Positions 31,208 to 41,384 of a stretch of 64,000 bases of DNA are shown here, one piece after another. The notes beneath the pieces are model-generated. The model made no database searches. It saw only the letters and a list, made by a program, of their open reading frames with translations, and had not been told where the DNA came from. Source of the DNA: Polyangiaceae bacterium (lineage in GTDB: Bacteria; Myxococcota_A; Polyangia; Polyangiales; Polyangiaceae); NCBI GenBank assembly GCA_050287085.1, contig JBNKBE010000008.1, positions 64,008 to 128,007 on the forward strand. The letters are read 5' to 3'. Position 1 is the stretch's first letter. The number at the start of each line of letters is the position of its first letter. The translations under genes were made by a program, and so were the position numbers.

Positions 31208-32236
31208 CTACCCCTCCACCGTCCAGGTCTCGCCGGAGTGCAGGAGAGCTGTTAGATCACCGGCGCCGGGCGCTGCCGTGGCGCGCGCGACCTGAGCGTG
31301 GACGACCCCCTCGTAGGTGTCGCCCTCGCCAGCGCGGCAATATAACACTCCGAGCGCGACCGGGAACGCGGGAAATGGCATTCGCGCTAGAAGTGTGGCC
31401 AGCAGCAGGTTGTGTTCGTCGTGAACCAAGATTTCGGAGGCGGGCACGCCCCCGTCGCCCACGTTGACGACTTCCAAGCAGAGCTCCTGATGGTTCAGTC
31501 GGAGCCCTTTCGAGCCGTCTTCACCAAAGAGCATCGGCTTGCCGTGTTCGAGCAGCAGCTGGTGATCGGGCTGATTGACTTTCTCGCGGAAGAGATCAAA
31601 GGCACCGTCGTTGAAGACGTTGCAGTTCTGGTAGATCTCGATGAATGACGTTCCGGTGTGCTCAGCCGCACGCGTGATCACGGACGTAAGGTGTTTTGCC
31701 TCCACATCGACGCTGCGTGCGACGAATCCGGCGTTGCAACCCAGCGCAAAGGCACACGGCTCGATCGGCGAGTCAGCCGAGCCCATGGGGGTGCTCTTGG
31801 TGACCTTGCCGACCTCACTCGTGGGTGAGTACTGCCCTTTGGTCAGTCCGTAGATGCGGTTGTTGAACATCAGGATGTTGATGTCCACGTTCCGCCGCAG
31901 GCAATGCATGAGGTGATTGCCGCCAATGCTCAAACCGTCACCATCTCCGGTGACCATCCACACCGTCAGCTCAGGGTTGGCGACCTTGATTCCAGTTGCC
32001 AGGGCCGGCGCTCGCCCATGGATGGTGTGGAATCCGTACGTATTCATGTAATACGGAAAGCGGCTGCTGCAGCCGATGCCGCTGACCCAAACCATGTTGT
32101 CGGGGCCGACGCCGAGCGCTGGCAAGGTTCGCTGTACAGCGGCCAAAATGGCGTAGTCGCCGCACCCCGGACACCAGCGGATGTCTTGATCACTGGCGAA
32201 GTCTTTGCGCGTGAGTGTTTCGATAAGCTGGGTCAT
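31208..32236 (-). CDS. korB: 2-oxoacid:ferredoxin oxidoreductase beta subunit
   Basis: WCPGCGD, SGIGCSSR, GDGDG..IGGNH, YGLTKGQYSPT; substrate not determinable. Confidence 0.93.
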   Translation of the reverse strand: MTQLIETLTRKDFASDQDIRWCPGCGDYAILAAVQRTLPALGVGPDNMVWVSGIGCSSRFPYYMNTYGFHTIHGRAPALATGIKVANPELTVWMVTGDGDGLSIGGNHLMHCLRRNVDINILMFNNRIYGLTKGQYSPTSEVGKVTKSTPMGSADSPIEPCAFALGCNAGFVARSVDVEAKHLTSVITRAAEHTGTSFIEIYQNCNVFNDGAFDLFREKVNQPDHQLLLEHGKPMLFGEDGSKGLRLNHQELCLEVVNVGDGGVPASEILVHDEHNLLLATLLARMPFPAFPVALGVLYCRAGEGDTYEGVVHAQVARATAAPGAGDLTALLHSGETWTVEG

Positions 32237-34089
32237 TGGGGGCTCCCACCCTCGATAATGGAGTCGATCCGGGTCGTGAGTTCTTCGACACGGAACGGCT
32301 GTCCTTCGATCTTCGGATAGCTTTCAGCGTCCACGAGGAACTCGCTCCGGAGCACTCGCACGAGCTGGCCAAGATTCATCTCCGGTACCAAGACGCGCCC
32401 GAAGCGGCGCATCAGGGGTTCCAGACCACGAGGCAGCGGGCTCAGCGAGCGCAGGTGTACGTGACTGACGCTCTGGCCCTTGGCGCGAGCCCGTCGTACC
32501 GCCTCACGGATTGCGCCGTAGGTGCTGCCCCAACCGATGAGCAATAGGTCTCCCTCAGGGGCTCCTTCTTCGATGCACGCTTCAGGAAGCCACTGCGCAA
32601 TACGCTCGATCTTCTCGGCGCGCACCTCGCTCATCTTCTGATGGTTCTTGGGGTCGTAGGAGATGTTGCCGCTGTTGTAATCGCGCTCGATACCACCGAT
32701 GCGGTGCGCAAGACCGGCCATGCCGGGCGTCGCCCAGGGCCGCGCCAGCGTGTCGGCGTCCCTCAGGAAGGGGTGAAATCCGTCTCTCTCGATGGGGCGA
32801 CTTTCGGGGAAGGGCTCCAGCGATCCGACATCCGGAATGCGCCACGGCTCCGCGCCGTTGGCTAGATAGCCGTCGGAGAGTAGGATCACGGGGGTCATAT
32901 GACGAATGGCCACCCGGGCTGCTTGTAGGGCCCAGTCGAAGCACTCCCCTGGGGTTGCGGGCGCTAGAACGCAAACCGGGGCTTCGCCGTTGCGGCCGTA
33001 GAGCGCCTGCAGCAAGTCCGCCTGTTCGGTCTTGGTCGGCATGCCCGTAGACGGCCCCGCGCGCTGGACGTTGAGGACAACCAGCGGCAGTTCAGTCGCG
33101 ACCGCAAGTCCGATCGCCTCGCCCTTGAGGGCCATTCCGGGGCCGCTGGTGCTGGTGACGCCGAGCCGACCGCTGTACGAAGCGCCAATCGCTGCACAAA
33201 CAGCCGCAATCTCGTCTTCAGCTTGCACCGTTACGACGTTGAAGCCCTTGTGACGGCTGAGTTCGTGCAGGACGTCGGATGCGGGGGTGATCGGATACGA
33301 GCCGAGGACGATGCCGCGGCCGCTCAGTTGCGCTGCCGCGACAAGTCCCCAAGCCGTGGCTTGGTTGCCCGAGATGTTGCGATAGGTTCCTGCTGCCAGA
33401 GGCGCCTTGGGCACCACAAAGCGCTCGTGGGAGAGCTCAAGCGTCTCGCCGTACGCATACCCTGCACGCAGCGCTGCCGTGTTGGCACGCACCAACTCAT
33501 CGCGTTTGCTGAACTTGCTGGCGACCCACTTTTCGGTGGCCTCCAGCGGACGCGTGTAGAGCCAATACATCAGCCCAAGGGTCCAGAAGTTCTTGCAGCG
33601 GTTGGCCTCTTTGGTGCTGAGTCCAACCGATTCTACGGCAGACAGGGTTTGCCGCGTGATGTCGACGGCAATCACCTGATAGCCCGCGAGGGAGCCGTCG
33701 TTGAGCGGGTTCTCGGCGTAGCCGGCCTTCTTCAGATTGCCGCTCGAAAAGGCGCCGGTATTGACGACGAGCAAAGCACCTTGGGGTAGCGCCGGCAAGT
33801 TGGTCTTGAGGGCGGCTGGGTTCATGGCGACCAGGGCGTCAGCTCTGTCACCGGCGGTGAACACCGTGTCTGATGCAAAGTGCACTTGGAAGCCGCTGAC
33901 CCCGTATAGGGTTCCGGCCGGCGCTCGGATCTCGGCGGGAAAGTCGGGGAATGTCGCGAGATCATTGCCGACTAGCGCCGACGTGCTCGTGAACTGTGCC
34001 CCGGTGATCTGCATGCCATCGCCAGAGTCCCCGGCGAAGCGAACGACCGCGCGCGTGAGCGTATGGCTGGGTCGAGTTTCAGTGTTCAT
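32233..34089 (-). CDS. korA: 2-oxoacid:ferredoxin oxidoreductase alpha(+gamma) subunit
   Basis: FAGDSGDG, YPITPAS, QAEDEIAA, TSGPG, QRAGPSTGMPTK; ATGA overlap with the beta gene. Confidence 0.93.
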   Translation of the reverse strand: MNTETRPSHTLTRAVVRFAGDSGDGMQITGAQFTSTSALVGNDLATFPDFPAEIRAPAGTLYGVSGFQVHFASDTVFTAGDRADALVAMNPAALKTNLPALPQGALLVVNTGAFSSGNLKKAGYAENPLNDGSLAGYQVIAVDITRQTLSAVESVGLSTKEANRCKNFWTLGLMYWLYTRPLEATEKWVASKFSKRDELVRANTAALRAGYAYGETLELSHERFVVPKAPLAAGTYRNISGNQATAWGLVAAAQLSGRGIVLGSYPITPASDVLHELSRHKGFNVVTVQAEDEIAAVCAAIGASYSGRLGVTSTSGPGMALKGEAIGLAVATELPLVVLNVQRAGPSTGMPTKTEQADLLQALYGRNGEAPVCVLAPATPGECFDWALQAARVAIRHMTPVILLSDGYLANGAEPWRIPDVGSLEPFPESRPIERDGFHPFLRDADTLARPWATPGMAGLAHRIGGIERDYNSGNISYDPKNHQKMSEVRAEKIERIAQWLPEACIEEGAPEGDLLLIGWGSTYGAIREAVRRARAKGQSVSHVHLRSLSPLPRGLEPLMRRFGRVLVPEMNLGQLVRVLRSEFLVDAESYPKIEGQPFRVEELTTRIDSIIEGGSPQ

Positions 34090-34250
34090 GATGCGAAGTC
34101 CTGTGAAGGCATGGCTTTACTATGGGTGACGGGACCTGGTTGCGCACGAATTCGAGTTCGCTGTAGCCGCCTCAAGCGAACACGGATCCGGTTGGCCGTG
34201 CTGCGGTCCGCCGCTGCAGCGCTGAGCCCCTGCGTTGTGACCGGTGCGGC

Positions 34251-34694
34251 TCAGCTAGCAAGTTGACGATCGAGCAGACCGGCTAGCCGCGGTGTTGCGG
34301 CCTCCACGTGCTTCTCGGCGGTGGGGCGCAGCTTGCTGTACGTCTTCTTGATCACTGCCCGTTGGGCTCGCTCTACCCGTCGATCGGTGACGGCAAGCAG
34401 CGCATTGGCTGCGTCGGAGCCATGGGAGCGCATGTAGTCGCCAGGACTGGCTTGGGCGGCGACGGCAGCCTGGTTGATGGGCTCAAGCGCCTCGAGGAAG
34501 TCGTCGAGCAAGCCGTCCACCACTTCGGTGATGAACCCTGGCTTGATGTTCTTGACCACGCCAAAGGCGCCTTTTATCGCCATGCCGCTCAGCCCACTCT
34601 TCCCGGCGACCTCCAGGTCCAAGACCTCGCAGGCGTCCTTGATCACGGCCTGGCGCTTCTCGCCTTGGCCCAGCAGTTCTTTCAGGGTGGTCAT
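34251..34694 (-). CDS. Conserved hypothetical protein (DUF6918-like, by recall)
   Basis: EVAGKSGLSGMAIKGAFGVVKNIKPG...ALLAVTD...YSKLR pattern. Confidence 0.65.
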   Translation of the reverse strand: MTTLKELLGQGEKRQAVIKDACEVLDLEVAGKSGLSGMAIKGAFGVVKNIKPGFITEVVDGLLDDFLEALEPINQAAVAAQASPGDYMRSHGSDAANALLAVTDRRVERAQRAVIKKTYSKLRPTAEKHVEAATPRLAGLLDRQLAS

Positions 34695-34902
34695 GCTTGT
34701 CGCTCTACTCGCGCAGACTTTTGCCGGCAAGCCGGAGAGGTGTCAATCGCTGCCTAGCGGCCGGCTTCCGAGCTCCCCGTCGCTGGAGTGTGACGGCAAT
34801 AGGCCTCTTGGCCAGAGGCGGACCCTCTCAACTGATGCACGACGACTAGTCGACGGATGGTTTGCTGGAAGCCGGTGGTCGCTGTGGTAGCCTCTTCACC
34901 GT

Positions 34903-34936
34903 CCCGAGGGGGAGAATGGCCCGAGGGGGAGAATGG
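34903..34936. repeat. Perfect 17-bp tandem duplication in a divergent intergenic region
   Basis: cccgagggggagaatgg x2. Confidence 0.88.
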
Positions 34937-35027
34937 GCTTTGATTTCCGGCGGGGTGACCGACAGGCGGCAGTGGTCGCCGCGATCGGGCTTGCGTTGCC
35001 GGACGCGAGCGAGGACGAAACTCAGCA

Positions 35028-36428
35028 GTGGCGACAACATCAGACAAGCAACCGGACGGTGGGGAAGCCCAAGCGAAAATCCTCGTGGTCGACGATCAGC
35101 GCAATATGCGCTGCACCCTGGCTATGATGCTGCGCGGGGCGGGGCACGAGGTCGACGAAGCCGACAGCGGCGAAATGGGGAAGGAATTGGGGTCGACTGG
35201 CGCCTACGACGTGGTTCTTACGGACCTGCGCATGGGAGGCGCTGACGGCATCGACGTGCTGCGGGCTGTCAAGCACAGCCAGCCGCTGACGGAGGTCATT
35301 GTGATGACCGCGTACGGCACCATCGAAAGCGCCGTCGAAGCCATGCGCCTCGGTGCTTTTGACTACATCCAGAAGCCGTTCACGGAGGAAGAGCTGACCG
35401 TGAAGGTGCACAAGGCCCTGCAGACGCGGCGCCTTCAGGGGCAGGTACAGCTCTTCGCTCAGGAATTCAAAGAGAAGTATCATTTCGACAACATCGTGGG
35501 CCGCTCGCATGCCATGCGCGACTTGCTCGGGCGGGTGGTGCGAGTAGCCCCCACCGATGCCAATGTTCTGATCACGGGCGAGAGTGGTACCGGCAAGGAG
35601 TTGATTGCACGTGCGGTCCACGCCAATAGCCGCCGCTCGCAGAAGCCCTTCGTCACCGTCAACTGCGCGGCGATCAGCGAAACACTCCTGGAGAGTGAGC
35701 TCTTTGGCCACGCGCGCGGCGCGTTCACTGGCGCGGTTTCGGCGCGCAAGGGCCTGTTTGAAGAAGCCGCGGGAGGAACCTTCTTTTTTGACGAAATTGC
35801 GGAGACGACTCCGCCGTTTCAGGCGAAGCTATTGCGAGCGATTCAAGAAGGGGAGGTGCGACGCCTGGGTGAGAATAAGACCGTCCACGTCGACATTCGC
35901 GTGGTGGCGGCGACCAATGTTGAACTGACGGAAGCCGTCAAAGAACGACGTTTCCGTCAGGATCTGTTCTATCGTTTGAACGTGGCTCGATTTACGCTGC
36001 CGCCGCTCCGCGAGCGGCCGGAAGATATCCCCCTGCTGGCGCACTTCTTTCTCGATAAGTACAATCGCAAGATGGGGCTTAACGCTCGGCTGGCGGACAA
36101 TGTCATGGATCAGTTGCTGCAGTACTCGTTCCCAGGCAATGTGCGCGAGTTGGAAAACCTCGTGGAGCAAGCGGTTGCATTTTCCGGGGGTGGCTTGATC
36201 AGCGTTGACGACATCATACCGAGCCAGCCGGAAAGCCCGCGCCGGCGTAGCGCCGGACGGACCTTGTCTGACCTGGTGGACGACGCGGAGCGGGAGGCCG
36301 TGCAGCGGGCGCTCGCGGCCCACGACGGCAATCGGGAGCGCGCCGCGGAAGCGCTGGGTATCAGTCCCACCACGCTCTGGCGCAAGATGACGCGCCTCGA
36401 CATCAGTTTCGATTCCGGCGTGAAGTAG
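35028..36428 (+). CDS. Sigma-54-dependent response regulator (NtrC/AtoC family)
   Basis: REC (VVDD, TDLRM, KPF), GESGTGKE, GAFTGA, FFDEI, PGNVREL, Fis-type HTH. Confidence 0.96.
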   Translation: MATTSDKQPDGGEAQAKILVVDDQRNMRCTLAMMLRGAGHEVDEADSGEMGKELGSTGAYDVVLTDLRMGGADGIDVLRAVKHSQPLTEVIVMTAYGTIESAVEAMRLGAFDYIQKPFTEEELTVKVHKALQTRRLQGQVQLFAQEFKEKYHFDNIVGRSHAMRDLLGRVVRVAPTDANVLITGESGTGKELIARAVHANSRRSQKPFVTVNCAAISETLLESELFGHARGAFTGAVSARKGLFEEAAGGTFFFDEIAETTPPFQAKLLRAIQEGEVRRLGENKTVHVDIRVVAATNVELTEAVKERRFRQDLFYRLNVARFTLPPLRERPEDIPLLAHFFLDKYNRKMGLNARLADNVMDQLLQYSFPGNVRELENLVEQAVAFSGGGLISVDDIIPSQPESPRRRSAGRTLSDLVDDAEREAVQRALAAHDGNRERAAEALGISPTTLWRKMTRLDISFDSGVK

Positions 36429-36657
36429 TTGCGCACCTCGCGGTAGTCGCTCCCAACGGTACGCGTCGGCAGCGGGGGTCGCTGTGCTGCCGACGTGGTC
36501 GCAGCGCAGCAGGGGTCGTCTGCAACGGCAATCGCTCCGCCGGGACCGTCGCCTTGGCAGACAAGTCTTGGAGCCGGGTGGGGTGGCGCGCGCTGGCGGC
36601 GGAGCTGCATTTTGCGTCGCTCCCTGGGGTGCAATTCTGTATACGCTGCCTCTGCTG

Positions 36658-37686
36658 ATGCTGCTTGCGGAACTCGACTACCACCTACCCTCGGAGCTCA
36701 TCGCCGCGCGGCCGCCACCGGAGCGGGACGGAGCGCGCATGCTTGTTGTTCCAGAAGGACCTCCCGAGCACGCTTGGTTTCGTGATTGGCCCGAGCGCGT
36801 GCCGAGCGATGCCTTGGTGGTGCTCAATGACAGCCGGGTGATGCATTGCCGCTTGCTCGGGCAACGTGCCGAGACCGGAGGGAAGGTCGAATTGCTTCTG
36901 CTCGAGCCCGCGGCGGGGGGGCAGTGCTGGTTGGCTATGGCGCGGGCCAGCAAGCCGCTCCGGCGGGGTGATGTTGTACGGGTCGGAAACGCTCAGCTCG
37001 AGGTCGTTGACAAGGCAGAGGGAGGAACCTGGGTCATGAGCTCAAGTGTAGACTTTGGTGAGCTGATGGCCGAAGCGGGGCACGTGCCATTGCCCCCCTA
37101 CGTGCGACGCCCGGACGAGTTGGCGGATCGCGATCGCTATCAGACGGTGTTCGCTCGCAGCTCCGGCTCTGCGGCAGCCCCCACGGCGGGCCTTCACTTG
37201 ACGGAGGACACGCTCGGGCGTCTGCGTTCACGCGGCGTCGCCATTGCCTTTTCCACCCTGCATGTGGGCGCTGGCACCTTTCGCCCCGTTTCGGCAGCGC
37301 GCGTTGAGGACCACCCGATGCATAGCGAGCACTACGAGATCGGCGAGCCGCTTGAAGAAGCGGTGCGCTGCGCCCGTCAACGCGGCGCTCCGATCATCGC
37401 CGTGGGCACGACGGTGGTGCGAGCGCTGGAAAGCGCCGCCACCGAAGATGGGCACGTCAGGTCGGGTTCGGCGCGAACCCGCTTGCTCATCACGCCTGGA
37501 TACCGATTTCGCGTAGTGGACGCGTTGCTCACTAACTTTCATACGCCGAAGAGCACTCTGCTGGCTCTGGTGCAGGCGTTTGCGGGAAGCGATCGGATCC
37601 GACGAGCCTATGGCGAAGCCGTGGCGGCTCGCTATCGCTTCCTTTCTTACGGAGATGCAATGTGGATTCCGATGCGTCGAGACTGA
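36658..37686 (+). CDS. queA: S-adenosylmethionine:tRNA ribosyltransferase-isomerase
   Basis: DYHLP, PLPPY, YQTVFA, AAPTAGLH, LHVGAGTF, TNFH, FLSYGDAM. Confidence 0.96.
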   Translation: MLLAELDYHLPSELIAARPPPERDGARMLVVPEGPPEHAWFRDWPERVPSDALVVLNDSRVMHCRLLGQRAETGGKVELLLLEPAAGGQCWLAMARASKPLRRGDVVRVGNAQLEVVDKAEGGTWVMSSSVDFGELMAEAGHVPLPPYVRRPDELADRDRYQTVFARSSGSAAAPTAGLHLTEDTLGRLRSRGVAIAFSTLHVGAGTFRPVSAARVEDHPMHSEHYEIGEPLEEAVRCARQRGAPIIAVGTTVVRALESAATEDGHVRSGSARTRLLITPGYRFRVVDALLTNFHTPKSTLLALVQAFAGSDRIRRAYGEAVAARYRFLSYGDAMWIPMRRD

Positions 37687-38798
37687 CCAGCTTTGAACTG
37701 ATCACAACTAGCGGCCATGCCCGTCGTGGTCGACTCCGCACCGCGCATGGGGTCGTGGAACTTCCGGCGTTCATGCCGGTAGGAACCCAGGCTGGGGTCA
37801 AGGCGCTCTCGCCCGCTGAAGTCGAAGCGACGGGCGCGCGCATGCTGATCGCTAACACCTATCATCTCTGGCTGCGTCCCGGCGCGGAGCTCATCGCGGA
37901 ACGCGGAGGGCTGCATGAGTTCATGCGCTGGCCCCACGTGATCGCGACGGACTCGGGAGGCTTTCAGGCATTCTCTTTGGCCCAGCGCACCAAGATGACG
38001 GAACGAGGCTTCGAGTTTCAGTCGCATCTGGACGGCAGGCGCGTGCAGCTAACCCCGGAGGAGTCGATGCGGGTACAAGGCTTGTTGGGCTCCGATGTCG
38101 CGCTTCAGCTCGACGTTTGTGCTCCCGCCGGCGTCTCGCGCGCAGAGCTTGTGCAGGCCGTCGAACGGACCACGCGTTGGGCCGAACGCTGCGTGAGTGC
38201 AAAGTCCCCCGGTCAAGCCTTGTTCGGGATCGTGCAAGGGGGCCTGGATGTCGAACTGAGGCTGCGCCATGCGGAACAGCTCGAGGCGCTGCCGCTGGAC
38301 GGTTTAGCCCTCGGCGGCTTTTCAGTGGGGGAGCCGCCCGCTCAGATGCATTCCGTTTTGAAACAAGTTGCTCCCCATCTTTGCCCCGGTCGGCCGCACT
38401 ACTTGATGGGCGTAGGGACGCCACAGGATCTGATCGTCGCAATCGGAGCTGGGGTGGACCTCTTCGATTGCGTGATGCCGACCCGCAATGCTCGCAACGG
38501 GCAGGTCTTCGTGCGGGGGGGCAAGTTGGTGATCAAGAATGCGGTCCACCGAGACGACGGGCGCGTGTTGGAAGAGGGATGCTCTTGCGCCACGTGTAGC
38601 GCCGGGTTCAGCCGTTCCTATCTGCGTCATCTCTTCGTCGCCGGCGAGATCTTGGCGCATCGATTGCTCTCAATCCACAATCTACACTTCTATCAGTCCT
38701 TGGTAGGGCAGGCGCGCAAGGCCATTGAGGACCAGTGCTACGATGAATGGGCCGGTGAGCGACTGTCGGAGCTCGGGCTACCTTCGGCGCTGCCGTAA
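37662..38798 (+). CDS. tgt: Queuine tRNA-ribosyltransferase
   Basis: FMPVGT, NTYHL, TDSGGFQ, FDCVMPTR, Zn motif CSCATC..H. Confidence 0.97.
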   Translation: MDSDASRLTSFELITTSGHARRGRLRTAHGVVELPAFMPVGTQAGVKALSPAEVEATGARMLIANTYHLWLRPGAELIAERGGLHEFMRWPHVIATDSGGFQAFSLAQRTKMTERGFEFQSHLDGRRVQLTPEESMRVQGLLGSDVALQLDVCAPAGVSRAELVQAVERTTRWAERCVSAKSPGQALFGIVQGGLDVELRLRHAEQLEALPLDGLALGGFSVGEPPAQMHSVLKQVAPHLCPGRPHYLMGVGTPQDLIVAIGAGVDLFDCVMPTRNARNGQVFVRGGKLVIKNAVHRDDGRVLEEGCSCATCSAGFSRSYLRHLFVAGEILAHRLLSIHNLHFYQSLVGQARKAIEDQCYDEWAGERLSELGLPSALP

Positions 38799-38982
38799 CC
38801 TTCTTCACTTTTCGTGCCACAGTCGAGTTGGCCGATTGGGGCGTTGGTGGGCGATTGGCGGACGCTGGAGATGCCACTAGCTTGCGGATGTCGGCTCCGC
38901 GCGGCAACCTAAGAGGCACTCTCTCTGTTGGACGAGTGGCAACCCGTGCAGATAGGGCAATCCGCTTCACTCCCAGGCTACA

Positions 38983-40626
38983 TTGCAGGACGAAAAGAAA
39001 GAACTCGCCAGGGTCACTCTCAAGAAGCGCGTAGTGGCGATCGACCCCGACGGACCCTATGCGTCCTCGCCGGAGGAGCTCGCCGCGTTAGGTGAACGGT
39101 GTGGCTGCGAGGCGCTCGACTTGTCGTCTCTGTGTTTGCCGCTGAGGTTGCTCGAGCTGATTCCAAGAGAGACAGCGGAAGCTCATTGCCTACTTCCGGT
39201 GCAGCTTATCGAGCAGCAGCTTTCCGTCGTCATGGCCGATCCATTGCGGCGGCGAGTGGTGGATGAGCTGGAGTTTGTAACCGGCAAGACGGTCAAGACC
39301 TTCGTGGCTCCGGAGAAGGATATCCGAGAGACCATAGAGCGCGCGTACTTGCAGTTCCGTCGACACGAAGAGTTCTTTCAAGGACCCCGGTGCTCGGTAT
39401 CGAACGCGGGTTCGACTGTGCCGCCGCCACTACCGACGGTGCATCAGTCGAGACCCCAGCCGGCCATCGCATTGGAAGGAGGCTTGGATGACCTAGCTCC
39501 GACTCCGGCTCCGGAGCTCAATGCGACCGGGAAGACGCAACTACTGGCTGTGCAAGAGAGGCACGAGCAAGCCGAAGCGTCGCCCGTGCGTCCGAACACG
39601 CCGGTGGCGGTTGGGGTAGAGGATATTGCCCTTCTGGGTGACGGGCGCGGGGGTGACGGGCGCGGGGATGACGGGCGCGCGGGGGATGGGGGTGACGTCG
39701 AGCGTTTGGCGGAGGGGAGTGACTCGGAGCGCACGGCGCCGTGGGGGGCTTTTGCGCCGGAGATCCCCGATCTGCAGCCGCGTCAGAGCTCGGGGGCGAA
39801 GCCGAGCCAGAGCGTGCGCTCGCAGGCTCCGACGCAGACGGGGGAGATCGCATCCAAGGCCGTCCCCGGCAATACCAACAGCGGAGTTGCACTGGTGATC
39901 GAGGACGATCCCGCGATCGCGAAGCTGATGGCGACGCTGTTGGGGCTGCGGGGCCTGGAGGTGAAGTTGGCTACCGACGGGCAGGAGGGGTTACGGCTGC
40001 TGAAGCGGGAGCGGCCGCGGCTCGTTGTGATCGACGGCATGCTTCCCGGCGTGCACGGTTTCGACATTGTTCGTCGCATGCGTGCAAGTTCCAGTTTTCG
40101 CGAAGTACCGGTCATCATTGTGACGGCTGAACACCGAGGGTGGGAGTACGCTGAAGACTTGCGCACCAACTTCGGTGTCGAGCACTACTTGGAGAAGCCG
40201 TTCGAGACAGGCCGCTTTCTGCGAGCTTTGGACTCGGTATTGGGCCACGAGCCCGCGCCCATGAATGAGCAGGCCGCCGAGCAGCTCCGCGCTGGGATTG
40301 AGGCGTTCAAGGACGGCCAGCTAGATGCGGCGCAGCGGCATTTGGAGCAAGGGCTCGAACTCGATCCTTTTGCGTTCGAGCTGCACTTTCACCTGGGGCT
40401 GCTGCACGGCAAGCGCGGGCACGCCTTTGAGGCGATCACGGCCATCAAGCACGCAGTCGACCTCAATCCAGGCCATTTTTCCGCCGTTCGAAATCTGGCG
40501 GTGTTGTATCTGCGCGCCGGATTCCGGCGCAAAGCACAAGAGATGTGGCAGCGCGCGCTGGGACTTGCCCCCGACGAGGAAACGCGGAACACCATCCGCC
40601 AGCGCTTGGCGGGGTTCGGGGCCTGA
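38983..40626 (+). CDS. GspE/PilB N-terminal-like domain + receiver + TPR protein
   Basis: LIPRETA...VVMADP...ELEFVTGK; REC IEDD/IDGMLP/KPF; C-terminal TPR-like helices; 3 x 15-bp repeat in the linker (39637-39681). Confidence 0.8.
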   Translation: MQDEKKELARVTLKKRVVAIDPDGPYASSPEELAALGERCGCEALDLSSLCLPLRLLELIPRETAEAHCLLPVQLIEQQLSVVMADPLRRRVVDELEFVTGKTVKTFVAPEKDIRETIERAYLQFRRHEEFFQGPRCSVSNAGSTVPPPLPTVHQSRPQPAIALEGGLDDLAPTPAPELNATGKTQLLAVQERHEQAEASPVRPNTPVAVGVEDIALLGDGRGGDGRGDDGRAGDGGDVERLAEGSDSERTAPWGAFAPEIPDLQPRQSSGAKPSQSVRSQAPTQTGEIASKAVPGNTNSGVALVIEDDPAIAKLMATLLGLRGLEVKLATDGQEGLRLLKRERPRLVVIDGMLPGVHGFDIVRRMRASSSFREVPVIIVTAEHRGWEYAEDLRTNFGVEHYLEKPFETGRFLRALDSVLGHEPAPMNEQAAEQLRAGIEAFKDGQLDAAQRHLEQGLELDPFAFELHFHLGLLHGKRGHAFEAITAIKHAVDLNPGHFSAVRNLAVLYLRAGFRRKAQEMWQRALGLAPDEETRNTIRQRLAGFGA

Positions 40627-40637
40627 ACCCCGCCAAG
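40605..40637. terminator. Inverted repeat spanning the stop codon of the receiver-TPR gene
   Basis: cttggcggggttc ggggcct gaaccccgccaag; no U-tract. Confidence 0.45.
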
Positions 40638-40685
40638 GGGCGGCGGACACATCGCTTCGCAGAGCGTTTCCGACTTCTATAGTAC

Positions 40686-40722
40686 AAAAGCCCCATGCCG
40701 GCCCCGAAGGGCCGGCATGGGG
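40686..40722 (-). terminator. Intrinsic terminator of rnpB
   Basis: Minus strand ccccatgccggccc ttcg gggccggcatgggg ctttt; UUCG tetraloop. Confidence 0.9.
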
Positions 40723-41085
40723 GGACTCGTGTAAGCCGGGTTCTGTTGTCCTTGCGGACGACAATCATTCATCTACGATCGCGATCGCTCGCGACCTCTA
40801 GCAGCCTACCCAAGGGCGTCAGACGAGCCGTCTTCGGGTGCCCTCCTATATGGCCTTGCTCCGGATGGGGTTTACCTTGCCACGGCGTGTTGCCACCCGT
40901 GCGGTGGGCTCTTACCCCACCGTTTCACCCTTACCGCGGCTCTGGTCATCGACCCTTAGCGCGGCGGTTTGTTTTCTGTGGCACTTTCCAAAGATCGCTC
41001 TCTCCGGGCGTTACCCGGCATCCTGCTCTGTGGAGCCCGGACTTTCCTCTCGCACGTTGCCGTGCCAGCGATTGTCACTGAATCC
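40723..41085 (-). ncRNA. rnpB: RNase P RNA, bacterial type A
   Basis: Minus strand has GAGGAAAGTCCGGGCTCC near the 5' end, AAAGTGCCACAGAAA, GGTAAACCCC and ACAGAACCCGGCTTA at the 3' end; P1 GGATTC(A)GTG pairs with CACGAGTCC. Confidence 0.97.
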
Positions 41086-41384
41086 GAGCGGGCCGTAGCA
41101 CAGTGGGCAGACAAAGGGGAAGCGCACTCCTACCTGGTTGCAGCGCGGCTTCGTCGCCCTGCGGCCACTGCGAGCTCAAGAGAGCCAGAAACGAGACTTT
41201 ACTGAGCCTGCGGGCGGCGGGTACCAGCGATGTGTAGGGGGCCGAGCCGTATGAGCAGCTCAACCCAAAGCCGACCGGGCCCCATGACAGCCTCGACGTA
41301 TCCGCTGCCGCTCGGAGTTGCGCCGAGCGGCAGCGAGGGCGGGGCTCCGGCGCCGCCCCTGCGACGGGACCAAAGCAGCCGGCG

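Noticed and set aside
37683..37686. CTG start for tgt overlapping the queA stop
   Set aside because: An in-frame GTG at 37662 with a well-spaced GGAG explains initiation without a non-canonical codon.
40695..41205. Several plus-strand ORFs
   Set aside because: They lie antisense to rnpB.
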